Shown: positions 1-14,241, numbered from the stretch's first letter. The stretch is DNA of 64,000 nt from Octopus vulgaris (GCA_951406725.2 OX597822.1:98084001-98148000); one strand, 5' to 3'. The notes: generated by a model from the letters alone, not told the origin. Numbers and translations are program-made.

Positions 1-608
1 ATTGAAGAATCAAATGAGATAAAAGAGTTACATCTCCATTTCGAGGTACCTGTTTACGGAATCAGTTCAAATCTGATGTGAAGTTTCTAGCTTACTGATG
101 CATATAATCTGTGAGCAGAAGATTAAGGAGAAGTGATGAGTAGGGTTGGGTATTGTTTATGAGGAATACAATAAGCAGTAACTGAGTGACATAACAGATC
201 GTTGTATTGCACCAATATGATGAAGTAGACATCAGAGGGAACCACCAGCACATGCTGCAACTGAGGAGAAAATTCCGACACAAGACACATAGAGGGATAT
301 ATCACATATGTGGGTAGCGTAATTTCAGCTCTCCTTCATCTGACAACAAATCACAGCAACGTAGATAAAAGAAATTGAGTGTAATAGACTAACGTCTGGT
401 CAACCAACAAAATATGCAGCTAAAGAAAAGTATTTCAGTATCTAGTGGAAAGAGACCGAAATGTGAAACGAAAAGTAATGGTGTAGATAATAAAGTAATT
501 TACCGATAATCGGAAGACTAATGGATTTTCAAACTTGGTTTGAAGTTATCTTTTTACATTTATATATTTGTTTTGCAAGATTTTTGATGTGAAATCGTCT
601 GTTGAAAC

Positions 609-1016
609 AGATATTGATGTATTTAGGAATGGTCATTTTGCCAGTTTAGCAAATAAAAACACACGCACTATATATTTGGTGTTACTTTGCTTTAGCGTTA
701 TTTATTTTTTACATTAATCTTAATCTTATTTCGGCCAGAGTTCTTTCGTCACACTCCTGTGACCGCATCAGTGGTCCTTTGCTTTCTTCTTTCTTATTTG
801 TGACGGTTAGTAAGGAGAGACACACAAATAAGAAAGAAGAAAGCAAAGGACCACTGATGCGGTCACAGGAGTGTGACGAAAGAACTCTGGCCGAAATAAG
901 ATTAAGATTAATGTAAAAAATAAATAACGCTGAAGCAAAGTAACACTAAATATATAGTGCGTGTGTTTTTATTGGCTAAACTGGCAAAATGACCATTCCT
1001 AAATACAACAATATCT
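609..1016. repeat. Long inverted repeat (arms 609-802 and 823-1016, 20-bp spacer), Penelope pseudo-LTR-like
   Basis: The arms are reverse complements over ~194 bp with ~4 mismatches. Each arm carries a hammerhead-like motif. Inverted pLTRs are a known Penelope-like element end structure, so the PLE assignment is inference. Confidence 0.85.
851..890 (+). ncRNA. Minimal type-I hammerhead-like motif, variant core (mirror copy 735-774 on -)
   Basis: CCA-CTGATGC-G-GTCACA(GGAG)TGTGAC-GAAA-GAAC-TC-TGG: stem I CCA/TGG, 6-bp stem II, GAAA, UC. A9 is replaced by C with one extra G. Confidence 0.55.
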
Positions 1017-1573
1017 TTTTACAAGTTTACTGATAATGCCGGCAAAAAAAAAGCACAAGTTCTCATTTCATCGAGCAGGAATTATGAGTAACCCTAATGT
1101 CAAATTGATAATGCTGCAAGAGTAACAGGAATCGAAAGGAATAATTTTAAGAAGAACATGGAACTGTGCGAACGCACTTGGGAGAAAAATTGACCCTTTC
1201 AGCAAATTAAATTTCTTTGCGGATTTGCTAGTCTGAGAGTACCATAAATCTGTAGGGACCCTACTGTTTTGATGAGGCAATAGTTTATTTCTTTTGCATT
1301 GGAAGATAAAGATTAAATGGAATCAATGGACAATAAGATAAATACGAGGGCAACCTGCAGTGTGTTATTCTGCCACTTTCCTTGAAGCATATCAAAGCCA
1401 ATATCTAAAGCACACATCTCTTTTTTTTTTAAGTCCAGAGAAGTCAGGAATTCTCCAATTTACCATATATGCTGTAGATGCTTTATTCCTGTGGTTTATT
1501 TTCATTTACTTGTTCAATGAAAAGAGAAGAAAATGAAGATGAGAGGCAATAAAACGTGATATTGAATACTGAC

Positions 1574-1724
1574 TTGTCTTCTTGCTTTTAACGTTTCTAC
1601 TGTGTGAAAATTGCGGCGGGGACGTTGGTGACATGAACGGCTTATGGATGTATGCACTGAACCGGAAGGGTTGAGACAGATTCTTTTGGATTCCACTTCC
1701 TCACTGATTGTATTACTGGAACCG
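1574..1724 (-). CDS. Candidate spliced exon of an unknown gene
   Basis: Acceptor cttttacttcctgcag, donor CAA|gtcagt. One open frame: GSSNTISEEVESKRICLNPSGSVHTSISRSCHQRPRRNFHTVETLKARRQ. No recognisable homology. Confidence 0.3.
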
Positions 1725-2305
1725 CTGCAGGAAGTAAAAGATAACATTTGCATTACGGCAATGAAACACTATCATATAAGTGAGTGAAAGTTTTTTCAAT
1801 GCATACAACATAAAAAAAAAACACTAAAAATTAAATATATTGAAAATAAAAAAAAGAATTAGTTTCTAATTTTTTACTTCTCTCAGTAATTACAGGATGT
1901 TTCTCTCGGATGTTTCTCTCTAAATTCTGGCTTATATTCGAAAGTATATCCTTTGCCTGATTATTTAGCTATAATATCGCAGAATAAATATATAGAACTA
2001 AGAAGAAAGATAAGATGTTTAAAAATCTAAGTCCTTTTCAACGTTATCTACATAAAGAAGAGTAAAATAGGTGACATCTCTTTCTTTAACTGGATCTGTA
2101 GAAAAGTTATGTGGCGAAAACAAAATAACTAGTCCATTTTGTAGAACTTTATTTTGAAGCATTATCGATTTAAAGTATAGGAATAAGAAGGAAATGGAAT
2201 CCAGTAGTTTATTCAATATTTTCCGTTTACCAAGAATATTTTGAACAGCAATATTTGCAATGAAAATACAACATTAAGCACAACATTAAAATTCCAGTGT
2301 CATAC

Positions 2306-2413
2306 GTAGAGGCATTCATCATGCTGTAGTAGAGCCGGTGGCGGCGGTAAAATCGTTTTATGCCTCCGTGGATGTTGTCATAACAGTTTCAATATAGTTT
2401 ATCGATATTCATT
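2306..2413 (-). other. Candidate exon (possibly 5'UTR plus start MMNAST) in phase with 1574-1724
   Basis: Acceptor ttctgcatttcag, donor TAC|gtatga, 108 bp. The phase-2 end joins the next candidate exon in frame. All three frames contain a stop. Confidence 0.22.
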
Positions 2414-2794
2414 CTGAAATGCAGAATTCAAAATTGGAAAAGTGACGTAAAAATAATCAGGTTTTCTTCAGAATCTGAACTGTTATGCATGTCACATTAC
2501 TTTCATGATTTTATACGAAACAAAACAAAAAAAATTATATGGAGACTTTTCTTCTACTTGATCACTACACCTGTTAGATATAAAAGCCATGCCTCTCCAA
2601 ACTACATATTAGCATATTAAAAAAGGAAGGCAGACCGTTGATAATATCATCTTAGAAACACTGTCTTACAAACAGAAGGGATGGCAAGTTTGGATTGCCT
2701 TTAGCAACAGGTCTCCTCGATGAGGGTCAATAGGAATCTAAATATTTATAATAAAAAAAACAAGATTATGAAAAATTTATGACCATCAGACGTA

Positions 2795-2950
2795 GACGTG
2801 GCTGTGTGTTAAGAAGCTAGCTTACCAAGTACATGGCTCCGGGTTCCGTCCCATTGTATGGCACCTTGGGTAAGTGACTTTCACTCTAGCCTTGGGCCAA
2901 TCAAACCCTCGTGAGTAGATTTGGTAGACGAAAAGTGAAAGAAGCCCGTT
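2795..2950 (+). mobile_element. SINE family B, 5' half (split copy; 3' half at ~9755-9945)
   Basis: gtggctgtgtg..gggttccgtcccattgtatggcaccttgggtaagt..gatttggtagacgaaaagtgaaagaagcccg matches the 5' half of intact copies at 10309 and 48977. Confidence 0.8.
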
Positions 2951-3812
<862 letters not shown>

Positions 3813-6800
3813 ATAACTTAGAATAACTTAGAAAGGTTTTGGCCAGTATTGGCCCAGGCCATGTCTAACTTAATAGCACCACCTGGCGAAGTCTTTCAGT
3901 TCAGGATTTGGGCACCAAGGCCCATTCGAGCAGAGAGTTATTGTTTGCGGAGACATATCCGGGTGTGGGTGGTTTGTCCGGTACTGTTTGAAGGAATTTG
4001 TCCAAAGACTTCTTGAATTTTGTGTGGTCAGTTTCTTTTTTGACGTGCCCTGGTGTAATGTTGAAGAGAGCGGGTCCAGTTGAGGTGAAATAGTTGTGCC
4101 GTATTGTCGTTATGTGATGCGATTTAGATTTTTGTTGTGGACGGATGGCACGTGGTCCAAGCCTTGGATGCATTTTGAAGGTGATGCCAACATCATTCGG
4201 ACAGTGCTGGTGGAATATTTTCCACATCATACAGATAATGTAGCGTTCACGGCGTCGTTGGAGTGAATACAATTTCAGCTTCTCTAGTCTACCCCAGTAG
4301 TCAAGGTCTGACATGCCATCTATCTTTTTTGTGATTGACCTTTGGGGAGCTTCAATTCTCATAATATTTTGTTTTGTATTGGGAGACCACAGTGGACAGC
4401 AGTATTCAAGGTGGGGTCGGGCAAAAGTGGAGAAGAGAAGGATAATAGCGTGGGAATCTCTCGACTGGAAGGTTCTGAGAATCCAGGAACACATTCTGCG
4501 GGCCATGTCAACTTTGCTGCTTATATGTGTAGCCCAGCTTATGTTGTTGTCCACTGTCACTCCCAGGTCTCTGATGTTGTTGGATGCCATGAGAATTTCT
4601 CCAGAAGGAAGAGAGTATGGGAGTTTCAGAGCGTCCTCCCTTCCAAAGTGGATCAGTTCAAATTTGTCTTCATTTAGCAACATGTTATTCTTTTCCGCCC
4701 ATTGGACAACAGCCAGTAGGTCTGACTGAAGGTTTATTCGGTCATCCACGCCATTGATGACCTTCTGGAGCTTGGAATCGTCAGCGAAGGTTCTGATGTT
4801 ACTGTGTTTGATGGTGTCAGTAATATCATTTATGTAGATGATGAAGAGAAGTGGGCCCAACACAGTGCCTTGTGGGACACCACTGCTGACTTTGGCTGGG
4901 CTGGATTTGACTCCTTCGACTACAACATGTTGGGTTCTGTTAGACAGGAAGCACTTGATCCACTGCAGCAGCTTTCCAGTGACACCAATATTGGACAGCT
5001 TTCTCAGAAGGATCTTATGATCAACCCTGTCAAAGGCCTTGCTGAAATCAAGGTAGATGACATCAGTGTTGGAACCTTCTCCCAAGGCTCTCAAAATGTC
5101 ATCAAAATGATGCAGTAGCTGCGTCAGGCAATCCCTCCCATTACGGAATCCATGCTGGTTGGGGTTCAGCATATTATGACTCTCAAGGAAGTGAGTCATA
5201 CGCGATCTCAGCACCCTCTCAAATACCTTGATGATATGAGAGGTGAGTGAGATTGGACGGTAATTCACGGCAAGCGATTTGTTTCCTTTTTTGAAAACTG
5301 GGACAACAGACTGGGATAGAAGGTCTTCTGGTATATATCCAGCATCCAGTGAGTTCCGCCACAGATTGTCTAGAGGGGGTGCAAGTTGGTTTTGACACAT
5401 CTTGAAGACACAAGCAGGGAACCTATCGGGACCTACTGCTGAATTATGCTTCATTTCCTTTATTGCTGCTAAGACATCAGGAGCGCCAAATGTTATGTCC
5501 GATAAAGTGTATTGGGGAGTAACATCACTGATACAGCGCAGATCAGTCATATCAGGATTGCTGAAAACAGAGCAATATTGTTTCTGCAATATCTCTCCCA
5601 TGGTTTTGGCATTGTCTTGAAGAGTACCATTTTCATCAATCAGAGGGCCAACAGTAGAACCAGTGACTCTGTGTTTTTTTGCAAATGAAAAGAACACTTT
5701 GGGATTGAGTTTGATCTTCTCAATGGCCCAGGCCTCTTCAGCTCTTCGCTGACTATTGATGATAGACATCATGTTGTTTTGGAGTTTATGTTTTTTAATC
5801 TCTGGCGACGAGATGGCAGTCAGATTGGTGTGTTGCTGTTGACAGTATTTCAGCATGTTGATCTTTTTGTTGATTCTTTTAATTTTCCTTATGAGAGATT
5901 TTCTATTTCTAGGGATTCGACACTTAGATTTGTTTGCAGATGTTAATGGGGTGTGTCTTGCACATATGTTCGTGATGGTGTCTACAAGTGACTGCCAGGA
6001 CTTTTTGATGTTAGTGGGTGTGTATGTGTGCGTGAAGGACCAATCGACTTGTGCAAGATCATTATTGATCGCTTCCCAGTTTGCATTGTGGAAATCCATA
6101 GTGTCAAATGGATGAACAGGAGGGATGACATTTGTTTTGCATTTTGGCCAGTGAAATCTCAGATCACAGAGAACCATGTCATGGTCGGAGAGTAGGGTTT
6201 TCTCCACTGCAATATTGTGGATAGTATCAGTGTGATTGCTGAAAATTAAGTCTAAGACGTTTTTGTGACATCTCGTTGGTTCGAGTACCAGTTGGGACAA
6301 GAAGAAGTCATCCATGAAGTCAAGAAGCGATTCCACTGCCTCCCTGTCAGGGGTTGAGAGAGAAGAACCTGGCGGCAGATTGTTTGTAGACCAGTCAACC
6401 CCGGGAAGGTTGAAGTCTCCCATCATTAAAATGTTGTCAGGTTGACACTGCTGAATGAAACACTTTATGCTGTTGAGGCATTCCTTGAAGCATGGTGGGG
6501 GCGTTTGGGGTGGTCTGTAGAGCCCAACTACTGTTAAGTTGTTGGTTTGACTGAATACAGCGACTGCTTCGCAGTATCCATTGGAAAATATGTTCATGGC
6601 TTCTGTTGAGAATGAATCATGGACATAAATGGCAGTCCCACCCTTTCTTCTGCCAGCACGATCAGCACGAATGGTTTTGAAATTTTTAACTTTCACCTCG
6701 GCTTCCAAGTGGAGGTCACTAAGATGGGTTTCAGTGAGGATGAAGGGATGTGGTTTGGATGGGCCTCGACCCAGTCCTCCAGGAATCTTATTTTCCATTT

Positions 6801-6872
6801 TTGTGTATTGGTGGAAGGGCTGATGCCTTGGGCATTAAGCAGAAATATTGAGGCGAGAGTGGATGGCGAGAG
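3813..6872 (-). mobile_element. CR1/L2-group LINE, copy A (5'-truncated at about the ORF2 start, 3' end intact)
   Basis: APE+RT ORF, short 3'UTR with a GGCCA-ATAC-TGGCC hairpin, (TTCTAAGTTA)x2 tail, flanked by TA-rich microsatellite. Confidence 0.93.
3901..6798 (-). CDS. LINE ORF2: apurinic endonuclease + reverse transcriptase (true N-terminus probably in another frame, frameshift near 6745)
   Basis: APE motifs LTETHL, GGTAIYV, YRPP, MGDFNLP, LDLIFS, SDH. RT motifs [63 protein letters not shown] lies upstream in another frame. Confidence 0.92.
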   Translation of the reverse strand: MENKIPGGLGRGPSKPHPFILTETHLSDLHLEAEVKVKNFKTIRADRAGRRKGGTAIYVHDSFSTEAMNIFSNGYCEAVAVFSQTNNLTVVGLYRPPQTPPPCFKECLNSIKCFIQQCQPDNILMMGDFNLPGVDWSTNNLPPGSSLSTPDREAVESLLDFMDDFFLSQLVLEPTRCHKNVLDLIFSNHTDTIHNIAVEKTLLSDHDMVLCDLRFHWPKCKTNVIPPVHPFDTMDFHNANWEAINNDLAQVDWSFTHTYTPTNIKKSWQSLVDTITNICARHTPLTSANKSKCRIPRNRKSLIRKIKRINKKINMLKYCQQQHTNLTAISSPEIKKHKLQNNMMSIINSQRRAEEAWAIEKIKLNPKVFFSFAKKHRVTGSTVGPLIDENGTLQDNAKTMGEILQKQYCSVFSNPDMTDLRCISDVTPQYTLSDITFGAPDVLAAIKEMKHNSAVGPDRFPACVFKMCQNQLAPPLDNLWRNSLDAGYIPEDLLSQSVVPVFKKGNKSLAVNYRPISLTSHIIKVFERVLRSRMTHFLESHNMLNPNQHGFRNGRDCLTQLLHHFDDILRALGEGSNTDVIYLDFSKAFDRVDHKILLRKLSNIGVTGKLLQWIKCFLSNRTQHVVVEGVKSSPAKVSSGVPQGTVLGPLLFIIYINDITDTIKHSNIRTFADDSKLQKVINGVDDRINLQSDLLAVVQWAEKNNMLLNEDKFELIHFGREDALKLPYSLPSGEILMASNNIRDLGVTVDNNISWATHISSKVDMARRMCSWILRTFQSRDSHAIILLFSTFARPHLEYCCPLWSPNTKQNIMRIEAPQRSITKKIDGMSDLDYWGRLEKLKLYSLQRRRERYIICMMWKIFHQHCPNDVGITFKMHPRLGPRAIRPQQKSKSHHITTIRHNYFTSTGPALFNITPGHVKKETDHTKFKKSLDKFLQTVPDKPPTPGYVSANNNSLLEWALVPKS

Positions 6873-6952
6873 TATATATACATATATATATACATATATA
6901 TATATACATACATATATACATACATATATATATACATATATATATACATATA

Positions 6953-6986
<34 letters not shown>

Positions 6987-7066
6987 CATACATATATACA
7001 TACATACATATATATATATACATACATATATATATATACATACATATATATATATACATACATATA

Positions 7067-7098
<32 letters not shown>

Positions 7099-7165
7099 CA
7101 TATATATATATATACATACATATATATATATATACATACATATATATATATACATACATACATAT
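6873..7165. repeat. (TA)n/(TACA)n microsatellite between the two LINE copies
   Basis: Directly visible. Confidence 0.97.
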
Positions 7166-9187
7166 ATACTTTGATACTTTGATAGGTTTCGGCCATTATT
7201 GGCCCAGGCCATGTCTAACTTAATAGCACCACCTGGTGAAGTCTTTCAAGTCAGAATTTGGGCACTATGGCCCACTCAAGTAGAGAGTTATTGTTTACAG
7301 AGACATATCCGGGTGTAGGGGGTTTATCCGGGATTTCTTGAAGGAATCTGTCCAGAGACTTCTTGAACCCTATAGGGTCAGTTTCTGTTTTAACGTGTTT
7401 TGGTGTAATGTTAAAGAGAGCGGGGCCAATTGAGGTGAAATAATTGTGCCGTATTGTTGTTATGAGATGAGAGTGTGATTTTCGTTTTGGGCGGATGGCA
7501 CGGGGCCCAAGCCTTGGATGTACCTTAAAGGTGATGCCAACATCATTTGGGCAATGCTGATGGAATATTTTCCACATCATGCAGATGATGTAGCGCTCAC
7601 GACGACGTTGGAGAGAATAAAGTTTTAGCTTTTCTAGTCGACCCCAATAGTCGAGGCCTGTCATGTCATCTATCTTTTTTGTGATTGCCCTTTGAGGTGC
7701 TTCAACTTTTATGATACCTTTTATTGTGTGGGGAGACCACAGTGGACAACAGTATTCAAGGTGGGGTCGGGTAAAAGTGGAGAAGAGAAGGATAATGGTG
7801 TGGATATCTCTCGACTGGAAAGTTCTGAGAATCCAGGAACACATTCTGCGGGCCATGTCAACTTTGGTGTTTATATGAGTGGCCCAGCTTATGTTGTTGT
7901 CCACAATTACTCCCAAGTCTCTGATGTTGTTGGACGCCCCGAGAGTTTCACCTGAAGGAAGGGAGTATGGGAGTTTCAGGGCATCCTCTTTTCCAAAGTG
8001 GATTAACTCAAATTTATCCTCGTTCAGCAGCATATTGTTTTTTTCTGCCCATTGGATAACAGCCAGTAGATCTGACTGAAGGCATGTCCGGTCACTCGCC
8101 TCATTTATGACCTTCTGTAGCTTGGAATCATCTGCAAAGATTTTTATGTTGCTGTGCTTGATGATGTCATTAATGTCATTAATGTAAATGATGAAAAGAA
8201 GTGGGCCCAGCACAGTGCCTTGCGGAACGCCACTACTGACTTTGGCTGGGCTTGATTTTACCCCTTCAACTACAACATGTTGAGATCTGTCTGTCAGGAA
8301 ACACTTGATCCATTTCAGTAACTTTCCAGAGACACCAATGTTGGATAGTTTTTTCAATAGGATCTTGTGATCGACCCTGTCGAAGGCCTTACTGAAATCA
8401 AGGTAGATGACATCGGTGTTGGAGCCCTCTCCCAAAGCTCTCAAAATGTCAAAAGTGATGCAGGAGCTGCGTTAGGCAGTCCCTTCCATTACGGAACCCA
8501 TGTTGGTTAGAGATCAGCCGTCTGTTGCTTTCCAGAAATTGGTTATTGAGATCTCACCACCCTCTCAAATACCTTGATGATATGAGAGGTGAGTGAGATC
8601 GGACGGTATTCACTGCAAGGGACTTGTTTCCCTTTTTGAAAACTGGGACAACAGACTGGGACAGAAGGTTTTTTGGAATATAGCCAGCATCCAGTGGTTT
8701 CTCCACAGATTAGCAAGGGGAGATGCAAGTTGGTGTCGACACACCTTCAGGACACAAGCAGGGAACCTATCGGGGCCTACTGCTGAATTGTGTTTTATTT
8801 CGTTTCATCGCCGCTAAGACATCAGGGGCACTAAACGTTATGTCCGATATAGTGTGTTGGGGGTTGACATCACTTTTCTGTTTTGGGGGATTCTGCACTT
8901 TTTGTTCACAGGTCTTGGTGGGGAGTGTTTTGCACATATGTCTGTGACGGTGTCTACAAAGATCTGCCAGGATGTTTTATGGTTGGTGGAGATATGTGTA
9001 TGTGTAAAGGACCAGTCAACATGTGATAGCTCGTTCCTGATTGCATCCCAGTTGGCATTATGGAGAACCATGTTGTTAAATATGGGTGTTTGGGGCGGCC
9101 TATAGAGCCCAAGTACTGTCAGGTCATTGGCTTTGTTGTGCACGGTGACTGATTCACAGTAGCCGTTGGAGAATATACTATTTCCAT
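7166..9187 (-). pseudogene. CR1/L2-group LINE, copy B (related subfamily; frameshifts, two internal deletions)
   Basis: 397-aa RT C-terminal ORF 7251-8444 is highly similar to copy A, with the same 3'UTR and an (ATCAAAGT)x2 tail. Deletions of ~370 bp (junction ~8874) and ~390 bp (junction ~9083) relative to copy A. Confidence 0.92.
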
Positions 9188-9397
9188 ATACTATATACAT
9201 ACATACATATATATATACATACATACATATATATACATACATACATATATATATATATATACATACATATATATATATACATACATATATACATACATAT
9301 ATATATACATACATATATATATACATACATATATATATACATACATACATATATACATACATACATATATATATACATACATATATATATACATACA

Positions 9398-9451
<54 letters not shown>

Positions 9452-9457
9452 CATACA

Positions 9458-9489
<32 letters not shown>

Positions 9490-9649
9490 CATATACATAC
9501 ATACATATATATACATACATACACATACATACATATATATACATACATACATATATATACATACATACATATATACATACATACATATATACATACATAC
9601 ATACATATATACATACATACATATATACATACATACATATATACATACA

Positions 9650-9683
<34 letters not shown>

Positions 9684-9688
9684 CATAC

Positions 9689-9743
<55 letters not shown>

Positions 9744-9757
9744 TATGTATATGTATG
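9188..9757. repeat. (TACA)n/(TA)n microsatellite
   Basis: Directly visible. Confidence 0.97.
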
Positions 9758-9945
9758 TGTGTGTCTTTGCCTCTGTCCCTCAGCACCGACTGACTACCGG
9801 TGTTTACATTTCTGTTACTTAGCAGCTTGACAAAAGAACCGATGCAGTAAGTATAAGACTTAAAAAAATTGTACGGGGATCCGTCTATTCGACTAAATAT
9901 TCTTCAAGGCGGTGCCCCAGCATGGCCGCAGTCTAATGACAGATA
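9755..9945 (+). mobile_element. SINE family B, 3' half of the split copy
   Basis: ccggtgtttac..acttagc..caaaagaaccgat..aaggcggtgccccagcatggccgcagtctaatgac matches the 3' half of the copy at 10309-10724. Confidence 0.75.
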
Positions 9946-9972
9946 TGCGTAGAAAGATAAAGGAAAGATAAC

Positions 9973-10215
9973 GATCATCATCATCACCACCTTTGTTACA
10001 TAATTATTATCAATCAACATACCAGGAATTAACATCTCCCCCTTCAATAATCATCATCATCGCCTTCACTGCCCTCATTATAACCATCAGTACCATCACC
10101 ACCACCACCACGACCGCTGCTACCACCACGACCGCTGCTACCACCACGACCGCTGCTACCACCACGACCGCCACAATTGTCATCATTAATCACCTGATCA
10201 TCAGTATTATTATAG
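9973..10215. repeat. (CAT/CAC)n low-complexity tract with an 18-bp unit (accaccacgaccgctgct)
   Basis: Directly visible. Confidence 0.85.
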
Positions 10216-10308
10216 CGTCATTAAAATGATCGTTCTTTATATCTTTTTGTATTGAAATGCCTTTACATTCATGGGGCGGGCTCTGATAGAATAGATAACA
10301 GTAACATA

Positions 10309-10724
10309 GGCGCAGGAGTGGCTGTGTGGTAAGTAGCTTGCTAACCAACCACATGGTTGCGGGTTCAGTCCCACTGCGTGGCATCTTGGGCAAGTGTCTT
10401 CTGCTATAGCCCCGGGCCGACCAATGCTTTGTGAGTGGATTTGGTAGACGGAAACTGAAAGAAGCCTGTCGTATATATGTATATATATATGTATGCGTGT
10501 GTGTGTTTGTGTCTGTGTTTGTCCCCCTAGCATTGCTTGACAACCGATGCTGGTGTGTTTACGTCCCCGTCACTTAGCGGTTCGGCAAAAAGAGAGACCG
10601 ATAGAATAAGTACTGGGCTTACAAAAAGAATAAGTCCTGGGGTCGATTTACTCGACTAAAGGCGGTGCTTCAGCATGGCCGCAGTCAAATGACTGAAACA
10701 AGTAAAAGAGTAAAGAGTAAAGAG
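10309..10724 (+). mobile_element. SINE family B, full copy (tRNA-like head, internal TA/TG microsatellite, AAGAGTA tail)
   Basis: A-box-like gtggctgtgtgg, B-box-like ggttcagtcc. Near-identical copies at 16205 and 48977. Confidence 0.88.
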
Positions 10725-11493
10725 AATAGGAAATAAAACAGATCAAGAATACCAATAAGAGAACAAGAAGAATAAGGAAAAGCACGTTACAGGAAAAATG
10801 CAATTAATAAAAGAAACAAAAGCAACATTAGAACTGGAATAATAGAAGCATCAAATATGTAAACCTGTTTCATAAAACTTGAGATAATGTTGATAAAACC
10901 TTTTGTTGTTCACATTGAATTGTTGTAATGTTGAGAGTACCCTTGAGCCAATGTATGCAATTTAGCATTCGCATGTCACCTGCTATCTGAAGTAGTTACG
11001 AATCTCAAAATGAGAAACTTAGGTTGTATTCAACAATCACATCTAAGCGGACATTTAGTCGCACTTGAATACTTTGAAATAATAATCATTGAAATATAAT
11101 TACCAGCTGAAAGTGGTATCCAAGTGTAAGGTTTTTCTTTATTTTCTTAACCGCACAAAATGATTTAGTCTTATTAAATATTCTTTTCAAGGGTTGAAAT
11201 AAAAAAAACTTTTTTTTATATTAATACTTTATTAATATTGTTGAACGTCTTCAGTAGCTGTGTCTCGAATTTCGTCATGAAGACATTAGCGGAATTAACT
11301 GTCACGGCAGTATGATAATCCTTGAAATTTAGGAAGCGGGATTGTCGATTACATTGAACTCCCGCCCGATGGTCAACTGGTACTTATTTTATTAACCCGG
11401 AAAGGATGAAACGCAAAGTCGAACCTGGTAGCATTTCTACTGAGAACATAAACACCGACGAAATGCTTCTAAAGATACTACCAGCTTGCTGCT

Positions 11494-11532
<39 letters not shown>

Positions 11533-12079
11533 CCTTTCTACTATCGGCACATGTACATGGTGGTAAAATATTTGTCCAAACTTCTTTGTGTTACTTTGTA
11601 ACACAGAGCTGAATAACATGCGGAGAAAATTTTATGGAATACTTTTGTTTGACCGTTTTTCGAAGGCATTCATGCATACTTTTATCCCCTCATTTTTAAT
11701 TAATTAATACTTTTTATGTTAACACTTCACGCTACAAGCTTGGAAAGTAAACAACATCAAAAAGCTGCAATTCTCAAACCCATGCTTGGTGATTTATTAT
11801 CTTCAGTCAGACAATAGCTTCCTCATATTAGTTGTAGGCCTCCTGCAAACTTTATCCATTGCCTACGCCAATGTATAAGAGGTGGAGAAGCTGCTATAAA
11901 CAAAAACAAATTCTACAGTGTATACGAAAATTCACTATGTGATTGAGTAACTCATTGTTGTTTGAGCTTGGGATCATACTAGTTTAAGCTTGGGGGCATA
12001 CTAGTTTAATGCACCTGCTCTACCATACTGGCTTGACTCTTAAAAGACTTCAGAAGTAACTAGTAGCGACTTCTCTTGA

Positions 12080-13060
12080 GAATCGCCAAAATTTGGCATC
12101 GTGGTGTTATCAAGAAAAAGTGCTTAGCCTAACCAAAGACATTCATCCTGAAATAGTCGCTATATTAGGAGATGGCGCTCCAGCTTTATCTACAACTGAA
12201 AAATTGGACAGTTGAATTTTGGAGGGCAACTGTCACCACCGAGGAAAACACTGATAGTATTCACCGCATAGTGATTGATGACAGACGAGTGACTGTAAAA
12301 TAAATAGCTGATGCTATTAGCATATCCCGTGAGAGTGTTCAGAATATTATGCAAAATGAACTGAGCATGACGAAGCTGTCAGCTTGGTGGGTGCCACGTC
12401 TTCTGACACCTCATCAAAACCGTACTAGGTTGATCACATCACAAATTTAACACTGAGGCAGAGGCAGGCAGTTTCCTTGAGCGTTTCGTAGCTAATGATG
12501 AGTGTTAGATTCATCTCTAAGCCAGAGATAAAGAGACAACCCATGCAGTAAAAACACCCTTCCTCACCTGCCAAGATTGTTTCCTCAGCAGGGAAGAAGA
12601 TGACATCAGCTTTCTGGGATGCAAAAGGTATTGTGTTTATTGACTATCTTTAAAAGGGCCGCATCATCGAAGGACTGTACTATGCCAACTTACTGGGGCA
12701 GGTACAACAGGCTGAAAAGATCAAACGGCCAGGAAAACAAACGAAAGGTGTCCTGTTTGTTTCATTAGGACAATACCCCAGCGCACAATTCCAACGGCTG
12801 AGATGCGTGGATGTGACTTTGAACTGATTGATCACCATCTCTATTCTTCTTATTTGACCCTATCTTAATTTTATCTGTTTTCCTAACATGAAAAAATCTT
12901 TCATGGGAAAAGGTATCGCATTGTTGATGACATCATACCGGATGATGATGAATTTTTTGACCAACAGAATCAACACTTTCAAAGCAATGTGATCGGAACA
13001 GTGGAACACCGATGGAAGAAGTGTGTGGAACACAACGGCAGCTATGTTGAGAAATAAACA
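12080..13060 (+). pseudogene. Decayed mariner transposase
   Basis: WVPRLLTPHQ at 12388, SAGKKMTSAFWDAKGIVFIDYL, degenerate H-DN-PAH and YS-DL-P motifs, multiple stops and frameshifts. TIRs not resolved. Confidence 0.85.
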
Positions 13061-13094
13061 TCATTTGGTCATCCATCCGACTGTCAGGTGTATG

Positions 13095-13128
<34 letters not shown>

Positions 13129-13577
13129 TATGTAGATACACACACACACACACACATGTACATATATATACATACATATATCAATAATACAGTGATTGTT
13201 TCTTATCAGGAACAAAATGTTTAATAGGACTGCTATATGAGTGCTCAATTAAATGAGACAAATATATTAAACTATGGTTGCAGAACAAACAAATACAAGG
13301 TCATCCACGTAACATTTCATATCTCGAACATTTAATCATAGAATATACATGTATAACATCACGGAAGATGAATTCCGTGGTTCGATGGATCAATCATTCC
13401 ATGTATGCATTATTCGAGGGTATGGGAATATTCTTTGTGGAAAAACCTAGACAGTGCTTATTCATTATGCAGCCTATATGAAGTGCTCAAAAGAGCAAAA
13501 GTATCACACACACTTATATATATACATATATACGATATATCTAAAATCATATATATATATATTTATATATATATATA

Positions 13578-13860
13578 TCGTGATCACGTGACCGACCAGA
13601 TCATCAGATGTTGTTACACATCGCTGGTCACAATGCGGTCGCATTGTTTTAGCCTTCGAATGACGCCACCCCGCTGGCTAAGCTTATGTGGAGGCGCAAT
13701 GGCCCAGTGGTTAGGGCAGCGGACTCGCGGTCGTAGGATCGCGGTTTCAATTCCCAGACCGGGCGTTGTGAGTGTTTATTGAGCGAAAACACCTAAAAAG
13801 CTCCACGAGGCTCCGGCAGGTGGTGGTGATCCCTGCTGTACTCTTTCACCACACTTTCTC
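13578..13860. mobile_element. SINE A fragments: A2 tail on - (13578-13684) abutting a 3'-truncated A head on + (13688-13860)
   Basis: Matches the copies at 15845 and 20600. Confidence 0.8.
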
Positions 13861-14167
13861 CCATATATATATATGATATAACGTCTATCATATATCGTAT
13901 CTATTAAATATAAATAGATGGTAGGTGCTATATAAGCATATATTAAAGCATAAAACATAACTGCATAGGAGTGGTTGTAAGGTAAGTAGCTTGCTTGCCA
14001 ACCACATGGTCCCTGGTGTTGTCTTCCATAAGCAGAAATCCTGACATTATGGTGACAGGGTTTTGTGGATTACATTGGTCCCAGCGTTTAACTAGTACAT
14101 ATTTCATTGATTCCGAAAGGCGAAGTGGACATCGGCGGGATTTGAACTCTGGACTTAAAGACGGACG

Positions 14168-14240
<73 letters not shown>

Positions 14241-14241
14241 A

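Noticed and set aside
4313-6115. Plus-strand ORFs overlapping LINE ORF2
   Set aside because: Antisense shadows of the RT frame with no independent motifs.
7185-7215. Hammerhead in the LINE 3'UTR (GGCCA-ATAA-TGGCC-GAAAC on -)
   Set aside because: No CUGANGA equivalent, and copy A has AAAA instead of GAAA; better explained as an RT-recognition stem-loop.
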